From a virus (Duplodnaviria > Caudoviricetes): a stretch of DNA of 64,000 nucleotides. The DNA is taken from IMG/VR virus record IMGVR_UViG_3300005077_000014, positions 21,375 to 85,374 of that record; one strand, 5' to 3'. Positions 20,251 to 29,458 of this stretch are shown in pieces; positions within the stretch are counted from its first letter, which is position 1, and the number at the start of each line of letters is the position of its first letter. Under the pieces are notes generated by a model. It did no database searches. It was not told the origin of the DNA and saw only the letters and a program-made list of their open reading frames with translations. A program made the position numbers and the translations under genes.

Positions 20251-21159
20251 ATGACACAACAAAGCACGACTCTTTCGCACCTTGTCTTTCGTCTTCGCAA
20301 CAAACTTGCTTGCTCATGCAAAGCGGACACTCCTGGTCCATGGTATCAAGACGCTAAAACACTTGAGTTATTACTACGTGGCGCATGGGATGAAGTAAGT
20401 AAAGACTTTCTCGAAGAGATGCGCTCGCGGCTTGAAAATCTTGACCCTGATGGCATGGAGGCGCTGTTAAACACAGCTAATTCTCTTGGCGTCGAGATGT
20501 CAAAGATTATCGGAGACAAGGCTGAAGCGATATTGACAACATTGCAGACCAAGGCAAATGCAGCGTGGATTTTACATGCCGAAGACATGTTGAATGGCGA
20601 AACAGTCAAGACCCTTGACGAACAGTATCAAAAATACTTGTCTCAGATGACGGCCACTCAGATCAAGAAATTCTCTGAAGAATTCCCCAAGCGCATCTTG
20701 CACCCTGAAGTCAACCGGCAAATCCAATATCTCAGAGACTCAGACCTGACACGCTCAATCGACCTGGACACACTAAACGAACGGCTGACTCGATTCGTCA
20801 AGCAAGAACGATACTGGGAGAATTTGTCAGACGTTCAAGTTGCCCGTCAGTGGCACGCAAACGGCATTTTACTCGGGCAAGAAAACGGCATCAAGACAGG
20901 TCAAATCACAGGGCCAGACGATGAAAAGACTTGTCCAGTCTGTGACAGAATGCTCGGGATGAAAGTTGATATCGCCGACGCTGCCGCAAAAATTAAAAGA
21001 GATATTAGTATCGCGGACCCAGAGAAATATGTGGAAGCGTGGCCATTCCCCAGAATACTCCAAATTGACAACGAGAGTCGAGAATCAATCGAATCAATGC
21101 TCTTGCTCCCCCCGTATCATGGGAGATGTAGACATACGGTTGTCTGGCTCTCTCGCTAA
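20251..21159 (+). CDS. head morphogenesis protein (Mu gpF / SPP1 gp7-like)
   Basis: DEKTCPVC and PPYHGRCR motifs; follows portal. Confidence 0.8.
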   Translation: MTQQSTTLSHLVFRLRNKLACSCKADTPGPWYQDAKTLELLLRGAWDEVSKDFLEEMRSRLENLDPDGMEALLNTANSLGVEMSKIIGDKAEAILTTLQTKANAAWILHAEDMLNGETVKTLDEQYQKYLSQMTATQIKKFSEEFPKRILHPEVNRQIQYLRDSDLTRSIDLDTLNERLTRFVKQERYWENLSDVQVARQWHANGILLGQENGIKTGQITGPDDEKTCPVCDRMLGMKVDIADAAAKIKRDISIADPEKYVEAWPFPRILQIDNESRESIESMLLLPPYHGRCRHTVVWLSR

Positions 21160-21173
21160 CAAAAGGACATTTC

Positions 21174-22100
21174 ATGTCTCAAACAATACCAGCACACATT
21201 AACTTAGAAGAGTTCGCAAGGCTGTCTCAAGAGCTAAGCGCTGAGGAGTTGGCAAAACGATATCAGCGAGGGGCCAGAACCATAAGATATTGGAAGGCTA
21301 TTCTAAAGAATCACACAAGCTTCACTGTGCAGGCCCCCCAAAAAGGCACCCTCGCTTTTCCAGAGCCACTTGGCAAAACCTATGACGATTATATCACAAT
21401 TGATGCGGACAGAGCGCTTATCCTGGGTGACGCTGAAATCCCGAATCACGACCCGGCAATATTCGACACAGCTTGCTCTATCGCCAAACAATTCAATATT
21501 GAGACATTAATTCTCAATGGGGATTTCGTGGCCCTGGATTGCTTTTCCACCTGGGCGCGAACAGCAGTCTATAAATTAGCTTTCGAGGAAGAGTTGGACG
21601 TTGCAGAAGAGGCTCTGAAAGTGTTTTTGCAACAATTCAAGCAAATAGTGTGGGTGACAGGAAATCATGAGCGCCGGCTGGCCTATCGCGTTGACGGCCA
21701 TATTACCATCGGCAAATTCCTTGAGAAATTCTCCAAAGGACTCACAATCTCTGAATATGCCTACTGTCTCTTGAATTCTGGCGGGAACACAATCATGGTT
21801 GTGCATCCAAAAAACTATAGCAGAATCCCGCTGTCAACTGCCAGAGAGCTTGCAGCTGTCAAGCTGACTTGTATCGTTGCTGGCCATAATCATCATCAGA
21901 GTTTCGGGTATGACCGAAGCGGCCAGCACTGGATTGTTGATGGGGGCTGTTGTCGTGACTCTTCAAAGACTCGATACAAGTCTGTTGAATGCTCGACACA
22001 TCCAGCCTGGAATGAAGGATTCACAATGATTATCGATGGTGAGCCCTACTTGATCAATAAACGAAACGCTGACTTCTGGAAAAAGGTAAAAATCGATTGA
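21174..22100 (+). CDS. calcineurin-like metallophosphoesterase with N-terminal HTH
   Basis: GDAE, LNGDF, GNHE, GHNH motifs; N-terminal LSAEELAKRYQRGARTIRYW. Confidence 0.8.
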   Translation: MSQTIPAHINLEEFARLSQELSAEELAKRYQRGARTIRYWKAILKNHTSFTVQAPQKGTLAFPEPLGKTYDDYITIDADRALILGDAEIPNHDPAIFDTACSIAKQFNIETLILNGDFVALDCFSTWARTAVYKLAFEEELDVAEEALKVFLQQFKQIVWVTGNHERRLAYRVDGHITIGKFLEKFSKGLTISEYAYCLLNSGGNTIMVVHPKNYSRIPLSTARELAAVKLTCIVAGHNHHQSFGYDRSGQHWIVDGGCCRDSSKTRYKSVECSTHPAWNEGFTMIIDGEPYLINKRNADFWKKVKID

Positions 22101-22534
22101 TCTTCACGAACTCCATTGCTCGATTCTCGTTATTTCTGGTATATCTCGCTTTTTTTGCGCTGAACTTTACTCTCGTGGTCTGGTCGTGGTCAAACTGGTA
22201 TATAAACACAGACTCCATGGTGGACCTGTTAAAAGAGCTTGTTGCGCTCTATTCCACCCAGTTCAGTGTGATTCTTGCTGGAATATTTGGAAGCCAAGAT
22301 GGGTGTGATACTAAGCTTAAAGCAATCATTCCATATATTGCCGGCCTGTTGCTTGTCTTGTTGTGGTGCTCCAATACAGCGTGGCCGTTGTTATATCTGT
22401 TCTGGAAGGCTGGGCCACAGGGAATGAATCTCGGGTGGGCATTGGATTACTGGAAAACGGCCCCGGTAATGACGGGCTTTCTTTGCAACGCAGCAATCAC
22501 GTTTTGGTTTTTAAAGGCGAATGGACAAGAGTAG
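22097..22534 (+). CDS. membrane protein
   Basis: 145 aa, 3-4 hydrophobic segments, start overlaps the upstream stop. Confidence 0.5.
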   Translation: MIFTNSIARFSLFLVYLAFFALNFTLVVWSWSNWYINTDSMVDLLKELVALYSTQFSVILAGIFGSQDGCDTKLKAIIPYIAGLLLVLLWCSNTAWPLLYLFWKAGPQGMNLGWALDYWKTAPVMTGFLCNAAITFWFLKANGQE

Positions 22535-22567
22535 GGTGGGTATGGCCTTACGTTTACGCTGACTCCC

Positions 22568-22939
22568 TCATTTCTTCTCTTCACAGTGGATCACATCATC
22601 TTCTGCGCTGAAATGCCTGTTCGGGTGCTTCGAGTGCCTGAACTCCACAAGCGCCAAGTTTGCCACATCAACCAAGTGTTCTAAGTTTCCCGTTTTCTGA
22701 TACAGCCTAAGTCTTTGAATCATGCTGCAAATATGGTCGTAATCGCCTTTGTTGGGGTCATCCATTCTGCCATAACGAAAACGACCAACGAGAAGCCTGT
22801 TGCGCATCAATTGCTCGAACTCCGGACACCACTCAGATTGACGCAGTGAGTCTAAAGATTCGGCTTTGTCTCCAACGGAGCCATTATTGATATGCTCTGT
22901 TATGCGCTTGCGCAGATATTCAGTGTTGGTCAGTCTCAA
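22568..22939 (-). CDS. hypothetical protein, possibly all-alpha NTP pyrophosphohydrolase-like
   Basis: RLLVGRFRYG and EHLVDVANLALVEF resemble dATP/dGTP diphosphohydrolase-type helices; tentative. Confidence 0.4.
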   Translation of the reverse strand: MRLTNTEYLRKRITEHINNGSVGDKAESLDSLRQSEWCPEFEQLMRNRLLVGRFRYGRMDDPNKGDYDHICSMIQRLRLYQKTGNLEHLVDVANLALVEFRHSKHPNRHFSAEDDVIHCEEKK

Positions 22940-23291
22940 TGTCTATTCCTTCGCGTGCTGTCTCGTGCCTGGCTTCGCTCTCTGTCTCATTCTCTTCGCC
23001 ATCATCATCCTTCTCAACCCCATGGCTCATGACGGTCCTATCGTGAAACGAGATGAGATTGCTGCTTCTGATACTCCAATCTGAACACTGATAATCACCA
23101 CTCACGTATAGCTCGTGGCAATAACACCAGCCTGAATCGAAAAAGCCGAACCAAAACACACAAGTCTTGCAGCGAGTGTCTGTGCCGGCGGGAATAAGAT
23201 GTCTCGGCATCAGAGAAAGACGTTCAATTTCAATGTCAATCCCGACTCTTGCATCTGCCGGCTCTTCGTATATTTTTACCATCTGCGCCAC
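22920..23291 (-). CDS. hypothetical Cys-rich protein
   Basis: CKTC...CYCH...C cluster; overlaps both neighbours in the - operon. Confidence 0.4.
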   Translation of the reverse strand: MAQMVKIYEEPADARVGIDIEIERLSLMPRHLIPAGTDTRCKTCVFWFGFFDSGWCYCHELYVSGDYQCSDWSIRSSNLISFHDRTVMSHGVEKDDDGEENETESEARHETAREGIDIETDQH

Positions 23292-25405
23292 CTTCCCTGA
23301 TTCCTATTGTCAATGGTCATGGTGCGAGCATGTGGATGTGATGTGGATGAATTGTTGTTTGGGTTTTGGGTTGCATTGTCATGTTCGTCGGCTTCCTCTT
23401 GTCTCACAATTCGCATCCGGCTTGTTCGTTTGAGAATAGAAACAACGCCAGCCAAGGCATCTGCACAATCCTTTGATTTTCCTGGAGCGTGGTCAATTTT
23501 AACTGAGCCCATTTTGCTAAGGCGTTTGAGTCCCTTTAATTCTTCCTCAAGAATCTTGATTGCTGGAAACAATATCCTTCCGTCTTTAATTGCGTGTTTA
23601 ACCTCGAAATATGCCTCTGGGGATTTGTCAACAGACAATTTGCCACTGACAATTTTGTTGTCTCGCCAAGCCTGAAGCATCGATGTTGATTCAATCCAGT
23701 CAGCCGTTGCCCAACAGATATTGAGATGCTTTTTCAGATGTAGAATCAGGTCTCGAATGAGGTTCAAGTCAATCTGTGCGCCACTGGGGGCCAATACCCT
23801 GAGTGCTCCATCGATGATATAAAGCGGCAATTCAACATTGTGAAATTCTTTTACTTCCTGCGTTTTCAGGTCGTAAAAGTGGCCACTGTCAATGATTTTG
23901 GTGTCAATGACTCGGCCAACAGCCAATCCAAGCGCATCATTACGACCAAGCGAGGTATCCACATGGACAGCCCATTTGTGCTCACCCTCGATGTTGAGCT
24001 GTTCAAGGTATGTGCCGTTGATAAGCTCTTCCCATGCAATGCCCTTTTGCAGTTTGATTTCTTCGAGATTGAAAAGGTGTTGATTGCCTGTTCGTTCGTT
24101 GAACTTGTCTTGAGCCGCCTTAATCTCTTCAGTAAACGGCAAGAATCGACCCGAAGATCGAGACGGCACCCCAGCTTTATCTTTTAACGCTTCCTCGATA
24201 TCTTTCTCGAAATCTTTTCGATATCTCTCTGGCACCTTGATGACATTGAGCGCTTCTAGCAAATAGTCATCGTCAAGGCGTTGTGCCATGTCAAAGTCAG
24301 ATGAAAAGTCGTCGGCATCTTCAAGTGACCCGAGAATCCGCGGAGGCTTGTAATCTGAGCCAAGCTGGACATAAAACCATTTTGTCTTGTGCAACGGAAA
24401 CTCATGGCGTCTGGCACCCCATAACGAACGCTCTATAACCAGAATCGTCGGGTCAATCTTGGCCTCTTCAATCTTCGAGTCCGTGAAATCGCCAACATGA
24501 GACCTGGCTGAATCGATAATGCCTCGACCGATGAAATCGCCACGCTCAATGAATTTGGAGAATCGGTTTCTCGAACGATTATACAGCGTCAAATACATCG
24601 ACTCGCCAACGTCAAACACGTCTTTGTCTGAATGTTCCAGCCGCACGCTCGTTTTGTGAACCGGCATGAAATTGATTTCAGTGATGACATATTCAATGAC
24701 ATTCAAAGAGATTGCAGCATCAACGGCCCCAGTAACAGGCTTAACTTTGACGAAGTGTGGAAATATCAACTCAGAGTTGATTTTCTTGTCACGCAGAAAA
24801 TGCTCGCTGAAATAGGGAGAGCCGTCAACCATGCGCTGAACACGATTAAAAAGCGCCTCTTCAGCTGTGGAAAGCCGCATTGACTGGAGAATCAGAAAAA
24901 TATCGTCAGTCGGTATCATCTCCAGTTCGAGCTGTGGATTCCATAGGGTTGACAAGAGATAAATAGTATATGCCGTGGAGATCGCGCTTTTTGTGCTCTT
25001 TGCTGTTCCAGCCGCGCCACCCAAAACAACTTCAAATGGTGCCGGTTGAACATGCCAGATGCGCCACAAATCCTCTTTGACTGTGGGCCAGAGGCTTCCT
25101 TTCAGGTTGCAATACTGTTTCGACTCTGCGAATTCGATAATATCAATAATCTTGTCAATCTTATAGCCGCGACGCTGCTCAAGAAACGAAGCGTCTTTTT
25201 CCTGAATGGCTTTCTGAAGATTTGAGAGATGCCCGACAAGCTTGTCAAGCCTGATTCCATGTTCGCAATCTTCTGGAATTGCGAGAATACAGGACTCGAT
25301 GACTTGCTTCTCTGTGGCACTCAGACCGGCCTCAACTGCAAGCCGAACACCTAAGTCAAGCGCTTTTTGCTGAGTTACCCACTGCTGAGCATAATTAGCT
25401 TTCAT
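23276..25405 (-). CDS. terL: terminase large subunit
   Basis: Walker A GGAAGTAKS, ITEIN Walker B-like, RNase H-like HVDTSL...DALG and C-terminal KIDHAPGKSKDCADALAG; start re-called to ATG 25405. Confidence 0.85.
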   Translation of the reverse strand: MKANYAQQWVTQQKALDLGVRLAVEAGLSATEKQVIESCILAIPEDCEHGIRLDKLVGHLSNLQKAIQEKDASFLEQRRGYKIDKIIDIIEFAESKQYCNLKGSLWPTVKEDLWRIWHVQPAPFEVVLGGAAGTAKSTKSAISTAYTIYLLSTLWNPQLELEMIPTDDIFLILQSMRLSTAEEALFNRVQRMVDGSPYFSEHFLRDKKINSELIFPHFVKVKPVTGAVDAAISLNVIEYVITEINFMPVHKTSVRLEHSDKDVFDVGESMYLTLYNRSRNRFSKFIERGDFIGRGIIDSARSHVGDFTDSKIEEAKIDPTILVIERSLWGARRHEFPLHKTKWFYVQLGSDYKPPRILGSLEDADDFSSDFDMAQRLDDDYLLEALNVIKVPERYRKDFEKDIEEALKDKAGVPSRSSGRFLPFTEEIKAAQDKFNERTGNQHLFNLEEIKLQKGIAWEELINGTYLEQLNIEGEHKWAVHVDTSLGRNDALGLAVGRVIDTKIIDSGHFYDLKTQEVKEFHNVELPLYIIDGALRVLAPSGAQIDLNLIRDLILHLKKHLNICWATADWIESTSMLQAWRDNKIVSGKLSVDKSPEAYFEVKHAIKDGRILFPAIKILEEELKGLKRLSKMGSVKIDHAPGKSKDCADALAGVVSILKRTSRMRIVRQEEADEHDNATQNPNNNSSTSHPHARTMTIDNRNQGRWRRW

Positions 25406-26339
25406 TCTGTGTGTCTGGCGATTGTGATTTTGGTGATTGTGCGCTTGTAATTGCGGGCCGTGTGGCAATGGTTTCAAGCTGTGTCGTCAAGTCAGAAAGA
25501 ACGCTCCCCACTTTGTCACTGTTAGAGACAGCCTTTTCAAATATGACCTGCATATTCTCAATGTGCGTTGAAGGCGCACCATCTCCAACCACTCCATTTG
25601 AGCTTGTCGGCGGCTTCAACTTCTGATGCATGTCAAAAATATCTTTAATCGTCTTGCCGATAGTCTCAAGGTATTTCACGACCACGGGGCTAGGCTGTTC
25701 GTCGGCCCGACTCTTCAGGCTCCAATATTCAAACTCATTCCAAAGCTTGTCGAGAAGCTTTTCCTGTTCAGTAATTGGATTGATTGTTGGGCCAGTGTCG
25801 TCAGTCGGTTTAAGTTGAATCCCGTCGGCTGCCTGTATCTCTTCTGGAGACATAGACAACGAGATTTTCATGGGTGTGTCTGTTGCTTTCGCTGTTTGTG
25901 GGGCTGGTCCACACAACCTGGAGCCGTCATCTGGTAGCGCAAAAACAAAAGGCTTTTTGGCAGCTCTGGCCTTTGCCTTTTTCTTCTTGTCCCACTTTTT
26001 AACAATCTTCTGTTCGCCATGGACATGAGCAAAATAGCGCTTGACTATTCGGTCAATACACTTCCATAAAGGCTTTCTGGGTTTATCTCGAAAGATTCGC
26101 CAATCGTCTTGAATCTTACAGGTCAGAATGGCAGAAATGTCAGCCGTTCCTTCAAGCACTTTAACGAACTTCAATAGGTCAATGGTTTGCTCGGGAGATA
26201 GTTTCCGAAGCGTGCTTGAGCCAATTGCAAGCCGAAAAGCGTCAATCTCTTTTGTTGTGGGCTCAATTGATGGTAAAGTGGTCATGTGGTGTAATGTAAT
26301 TTTGCGCTTTAATTTTACATAATGAGGCAACCGGGCCAA
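25395..26339 (-). CDS. putative terminase small subunit
   Basis: Directly upstream of and overlapping terL; helical and basic; position only. Confidence 0.45.
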   Translation of the reverse strand: MARLPHYVKLKRKITLHHMTTLPSIEPTTKEIDAFRLAIGSSTLRKLSPEQTIDLLKFVKVLEGTADISAILTCKIQDDWRIFRDKPRKPLWKCIDRIVKRYFAHVHGEQKIVKKWDKKKKAKARAAKKPFVFALPDDGSRLCGPAPQTAKATDTPMKISLSMSPEEIQAADGIQLKPTDDTGPTINPITEQEKLLDKLWNEFEYWSLKSRADEQPSPVVVKYLETIGKTIKDIFDMHQKLKPPTSSNGVVGDGAPSTHIENMQVIFEKAVSNSDKVGSVLSDLTTQLETIATRPAITSAQSPKSQSPDTQNES

Positions 26340-26428
26340 ATTGAAAAAATCACAAAGCTGTATTCCGATGCCTGCGTTTATGGCCCGGATGTCTCAAGCT
26401 GAAAATGGCTAAATGGGCAAGTGAAAGT

Positions 26429-26472
26429 GTTAATTGACAACCTTACGGCTGTTAATTGACAACCTTACGGCT
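26429..26472. repeat. 22-bp perfect tandem duplication
   Basis: GTTAATTGACAACCTTACGGCT x2, includes the stop of 26465-27244. Confidence 0.85.
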
Positions 26473-27244
26473 GATTCTTCTCAACGTCCCCCATCAGGGG
26501 GCCAAGAACATTTTTTAAAATCCAGGCACAAGCCACCTGCTCTTTGACCGTCACTTGAACATGGCCAAAGGGAAGCTGGGCTGTTACAATGGCAACCTGA
26601 GTGTCGTGATTCGTGTCCAGCTTCGGGGCTTCCAGGTGTCCATCTCCAGGCTCATACTTGCTGGCATCTGTGGCGCTTACATTGACAACTGGCGCAACAA
26701 TTGCGCTCTCTTCGTTTACGCTCTCTTCCTTTTCGTTCATTGCGACAATCTCCCTTTCTGTAGTAATTGTGGCTGGCTCAGCCAAATCTGAAGACGTGAC
26801 AATTGATTCGGGTGTCGTTAAAGGCCATGTCTCTGATTTTGTTAAAGCGTGGGACTCTTGTTGCACAGAAGACTCAATTAGCTGGGCGTCCAACTGAACA
26901 TCGGCCCGGTTTTCTTCTGTTGGCTCGCCATGCACAGGCATTGGTTCAGATTCAACGGGCTCAAGTTCAACGGGACTAGGTTCAACAGGCTCGGCAGGCT
27001 CAACCGTTTCGATTTCGATTGCTTCGGTTGTCTCAACCGTTTCAAGCTCCACTAGCGTTTCTTGGGCCACTAGCTCAAGTGGCAAGTCCGCTGGTTCAGC
27101 AAGTGGTTCTGGTGGGACTGGTTCACTCAGCGTATCTACTGGCTCAGTCAATGTGTCCACTGGCTCGCCAACAACATCAATTTCACCGTTCGCTTGCACG
27201 CCACCATCATCAACGCCACCATCGCCGTCCACTTTCCTAAACAT
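26465..27244 (-). CDS. acidic, Glu/Pro/Val-rich low-complexity protein
   Basis: 259 aa with EPV/EPA repeats. Confidence 0.55.
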   Translation of the reverse strand: MFRKVDGDGGVDDGGVQANGEIDVVGEPVDTLTEPVDTLSEPVPPEPLAEPADLPLELVAQETLVELETVETTEAIEIETVEPAEPVEPSPVELEPVESEPMPVHGEPTEENRADVQLDAQLIESSVQQESHALTKSETWPLTTPESIVTSSDLAEPATITTEREIVAMNEKEESVNEESAIVAPVVNVSATDASKYEPGDGHLEAPKLDTNHDTQVAIVTAQLPFGHVQVTVKEQVACAWILKNVLGPLMGDVEKNQP

Positions 27245-27245
27245 T

Positions 27246-27671
27246 TCACTTCCCCCTCAATTTCGCCATGGCAAGTTCAAACAGAAGCCGGCCAGCATGT
27301 TCAGGCAAATCAGGGAACAGCCCCTTGAATTGAGCAATGATGCTGTTGCGTGCCGTCTCGTCACAAATCAACAACTCAAACGATTTACCGGCAAGCAACG
27401 ATTCCATTCTGTCAAGGTGCTCTGCCCTAATACCAAGCTTGTTCAAGACAACCCCAGCCTCCAACAAAATCCGACACAACCAATCGGGAACGTTAATCCC
27501 CCACATTCCAAGGTTTCGCAACACGTAGTCACGCCTTGCAGCCTCACTGCCAAGACTGTTTGCCGAATCAACAACCTGTATCACGTCTCCAATGCGGTCC
27601 ACGATTTCAGAAAGCAACCTCGGCAACATCCACCAAAACAAACGCATAACCATTGGCACAAACCAAGTCAT
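27246..27671 (-). CDS. hypothetical protein with internal duplication, possibly holin-like
   Basis: Two similar halves (AARRDYVL...PDWLCRILLEAGV / TARNSII...PEHAGRLLFELAM). Confidence 0.45.
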   Translation of the reverse strand: MTWFVPMVMRLFWWMLPRLLSEIVDRIGDVIQVVDSANSLGSEAARRDYVLRNLGMWGINVPDWLCRILLEAGVVLNKLGIRAEHLDRMESLLAGKSFELLICDETARNSIIAQFKGLFPDLPEHAGRLLFELAMAKLRGK

Positions 27672-27970
27672 CTTAATACCCCCAGACGCGGCAACACTCG
27701 ATCACAGATAGCAAGTCCGGGCAGAGGCCCCAGGGAAGGAATGTGAGACTGGCAATTTGCAGTAAGCGCCTGGACAGGATTGAAGTTGCAGTAAAGATCA
27801 GACTCGCTATCAATTAAAAAACGAGGCGCTATGAGGATCGTTGATTTCATGAGGTTGCCGCGAAAAGTAATGAAACAGCCAAGCTGTAAACAGCGAAACA
27901 GTAACCAGTCAAAACAACACAAGAAAGTTTCATTTGTTAACCAAAACGTCAAATCAATTGCTTGCAACCC

Positions 27971-27999
27971 CTTCTAATTTACCAAAAAGGTAAAGTCAA
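27971..27999 (-). promoter_or_regulatory. promoter for the leftward packaging operon with palindrome
   Basis: TTGACT-17 nt-TAGAAG on -, spacer holds TTTACC-N5-GGTAAA; near copy of the 5610 promoter. Confidence 0.5.
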
Positions 28000-28077
28000 G
28001 GACAAATTTTGTTGACAGGAAGCCGGTTTTATGGTTTGCCTGAAAACCGACAAACCAAACCTAAATCCTTCCTCATG

Positions 28078-28105
28078 GCCCGTTCATAAATGACGGGCAT
28101 TTTTT
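28078..28105 (+). terminator. hairpin with T tract, possible terminator
   Basis: GCCCGTTCAT-AA-ATGACGGGC followed by ATTTTTT. Confidence 0.4.
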
Positions 28106-28174
28106 GCGTGGAGAATGGAGTGAGATATATGGGTGAGCGTGTGGGTGTTGATTAATTTGGTGGAGACGGCGGGT

Positions 28175-28372
28175 CTACTTATCGCCCCCCTCTTTGCGCT
28201 CCTCTTTCAGACAGACAACGCGTATCCACGAACTCACCGAGAGACCGGCGCTCTCGGCTGCATTTTTTACGCGCGCATATTCTTCGTCGGTTAAATAAAC
28301 AGACACATCATTCTTTTTTGCTTTTCGCCTTGACGTTGCACCATTAGTTGATTTTATTGGCATTATAATCAC
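28175..28372 (-). CDS. ribbon-helix-helix DNA-binding protein (CopG/MobC-like)
   Basis: VSVYLTDEEYARVKNAAESAGLSVSSWIR pattern. Confidence 0.75.
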   Translation of the reverse strand: MIIMPIKSTNGATSRRKAKKNDVSVYLTDEEYARVKNAAESAGLSVSSWIRVVCLKEERKEGGDK

Positions 28373-28410
28373 TTAGCCTTTACAGACAAACAAATCGAAC
28401 TCACACGCCC

Positions 28411-28483
28411 AAATTACCCCTAAAACAATATCATGTCAACCCCAAAATTAATTATTGACATAGGGGTATTTTGGGGGTATCTT
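28411..28483. promoter_or_regulatory. back-to-back divergent sigma70 promoters
   Basis: - strand TTGACA(28439-28434)-17-TAATTT; + strand TTGACA(28455-28460)-17-TATCTT; recurring GGGGTA motif. Confidence 0.7.
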
Positions 28484-28528
28484 GTAATTATAAAGGACAT
28501 GGAAAAGAGAAAGGGAAAGGGAAAGACA

Positions 28529-28780
28529 ATGAGCGCAACAACAAACAATACCCACACGAGCACACAAGCCCCTCATTACCTTCTCTCTGGCCCACAAATT
28601 CGCCAAATGGCAACCGACAAGGCCGATGTGCTCTATATCCTTTCCACATGCAACCCAAAATGGAAAGTGAGACTGTATGAGTATATCGAAGATAACGAGC
28701 AATTCCGGACAAGTGAAGCTGTGCCGGTCCTGAGAGCAGACACGACGGTTGAGAAACTGATGAAGATGTTGGAGAAATGA
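28529..28780 (+). CDS. small hypothetical protein
   Basis: First gene of the + early-type cluster; start re-called. Confidence 0.5.
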   Translation: MSATTNNTHTSTQAPHYLLSGPQIRQMATDKADVLYILSTCNPKWKVRLYEYIEDNEQFRTSEAVPVLRADTTVEKLMKMLEK

Positions 28781-28790
28781 GGGGAAACAA

Positions 28791-29000
28791 ATGAGTTGTT
28801 ATTGGTGGATGGACAACAAAGGGGATATACATCGAACTCGACCCAACGCCCCAGCCGCTCCACAAGAAGCGGTCGCCACATGGCGCTCTGGATGGGGAAG
28901 TGTTGCAACTGGACGCGCACCATGGAGACCGTGGTTATTGTCGGAGTGGCGAAAAGCAGCAAAAAAACAACTTAATGGAACAGCCCAAGTGGGCCAATAA
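28791..29000 (+). CDS. small Trp-rich hypothetical protein
   Basis: 69 aa, in operon spacing. Confidence 0.4.
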   Translation: MSCYWWMDNKGDIHRTRPNAPAAPQEAVATWRSGWGSVATGRAPWRPWLLSEWRKAAKKQLNGTAQVGQ

Positions 29001-29030
29001 TAGCTCACAAAAAAAGCGCGGAGCACTCCC

Positions 29031-29258
29031 ATGAACACACAGTTACCCCATAACCCTTTTACCGACGCCACTTTCACCCAAACGCAACAAGCGGCATACG
29101 CTCGTTATGTCCAGCTAATGAATCAGCGTCAACTCGGCATCACAACACCCGATGATGACTTTCACGACGACATGGCCCGCTGCTATTTCAGAGCCGCAGG
29201 AATACCCGACGAACTGAAAGAGAATGAAAAGTTTATGAGCTGGTGGAGGGAAGAATAG
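29031..29258 (+). CDS. small hypothetical protein
   Basis: 75 aa, GGAG RBS. Confidence 0.5.
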   Translation: MNTQLPHNPFTDATFTQTQQAAYARYVQLMNQRQLGITTPDDDFHDDMARCYFRAAGIPDELKENEKFMSWWREE

Positions 29259-29274
29259 AAAGAGGCGTGGAAAA

Positions 29275-29436
29275 ATGACAGCCAAAGAAATGGTCAAAAG
29301 AATACTCGCGCTTCCAGAAGAACAACAAAACCTTCCAGTGAAATACTATGATGAATATTACTGGAAAGATGTTGAGGCGATTTCTTTAGAAGACAAATGG
29401 GACGGCCACGAACCATTTATAGCAATAGACCGCTAA
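29275..29436 (+). CDS. small hypothetical protein (53 aa, not in ORF track)
   Basis: Hand-translated MTAKEMVKRILALPEEQQNLPV...; AGAGG RBS; fills the gap. Confidence 0.5.
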   Translation: MTAKEMVKRILALPEEQQNLPVKYYDEYYWKDVEAISLEDKWDGHEPFIAIDR

Positions 29437-29458
29437 CAACAGAAAGGAAGCGTCACCT

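Noticed and set aside
28013-28045. TTGACA on + upstream of the 28078 hairpin
   Set aside because: No -10 element at 16-18 nt spacing
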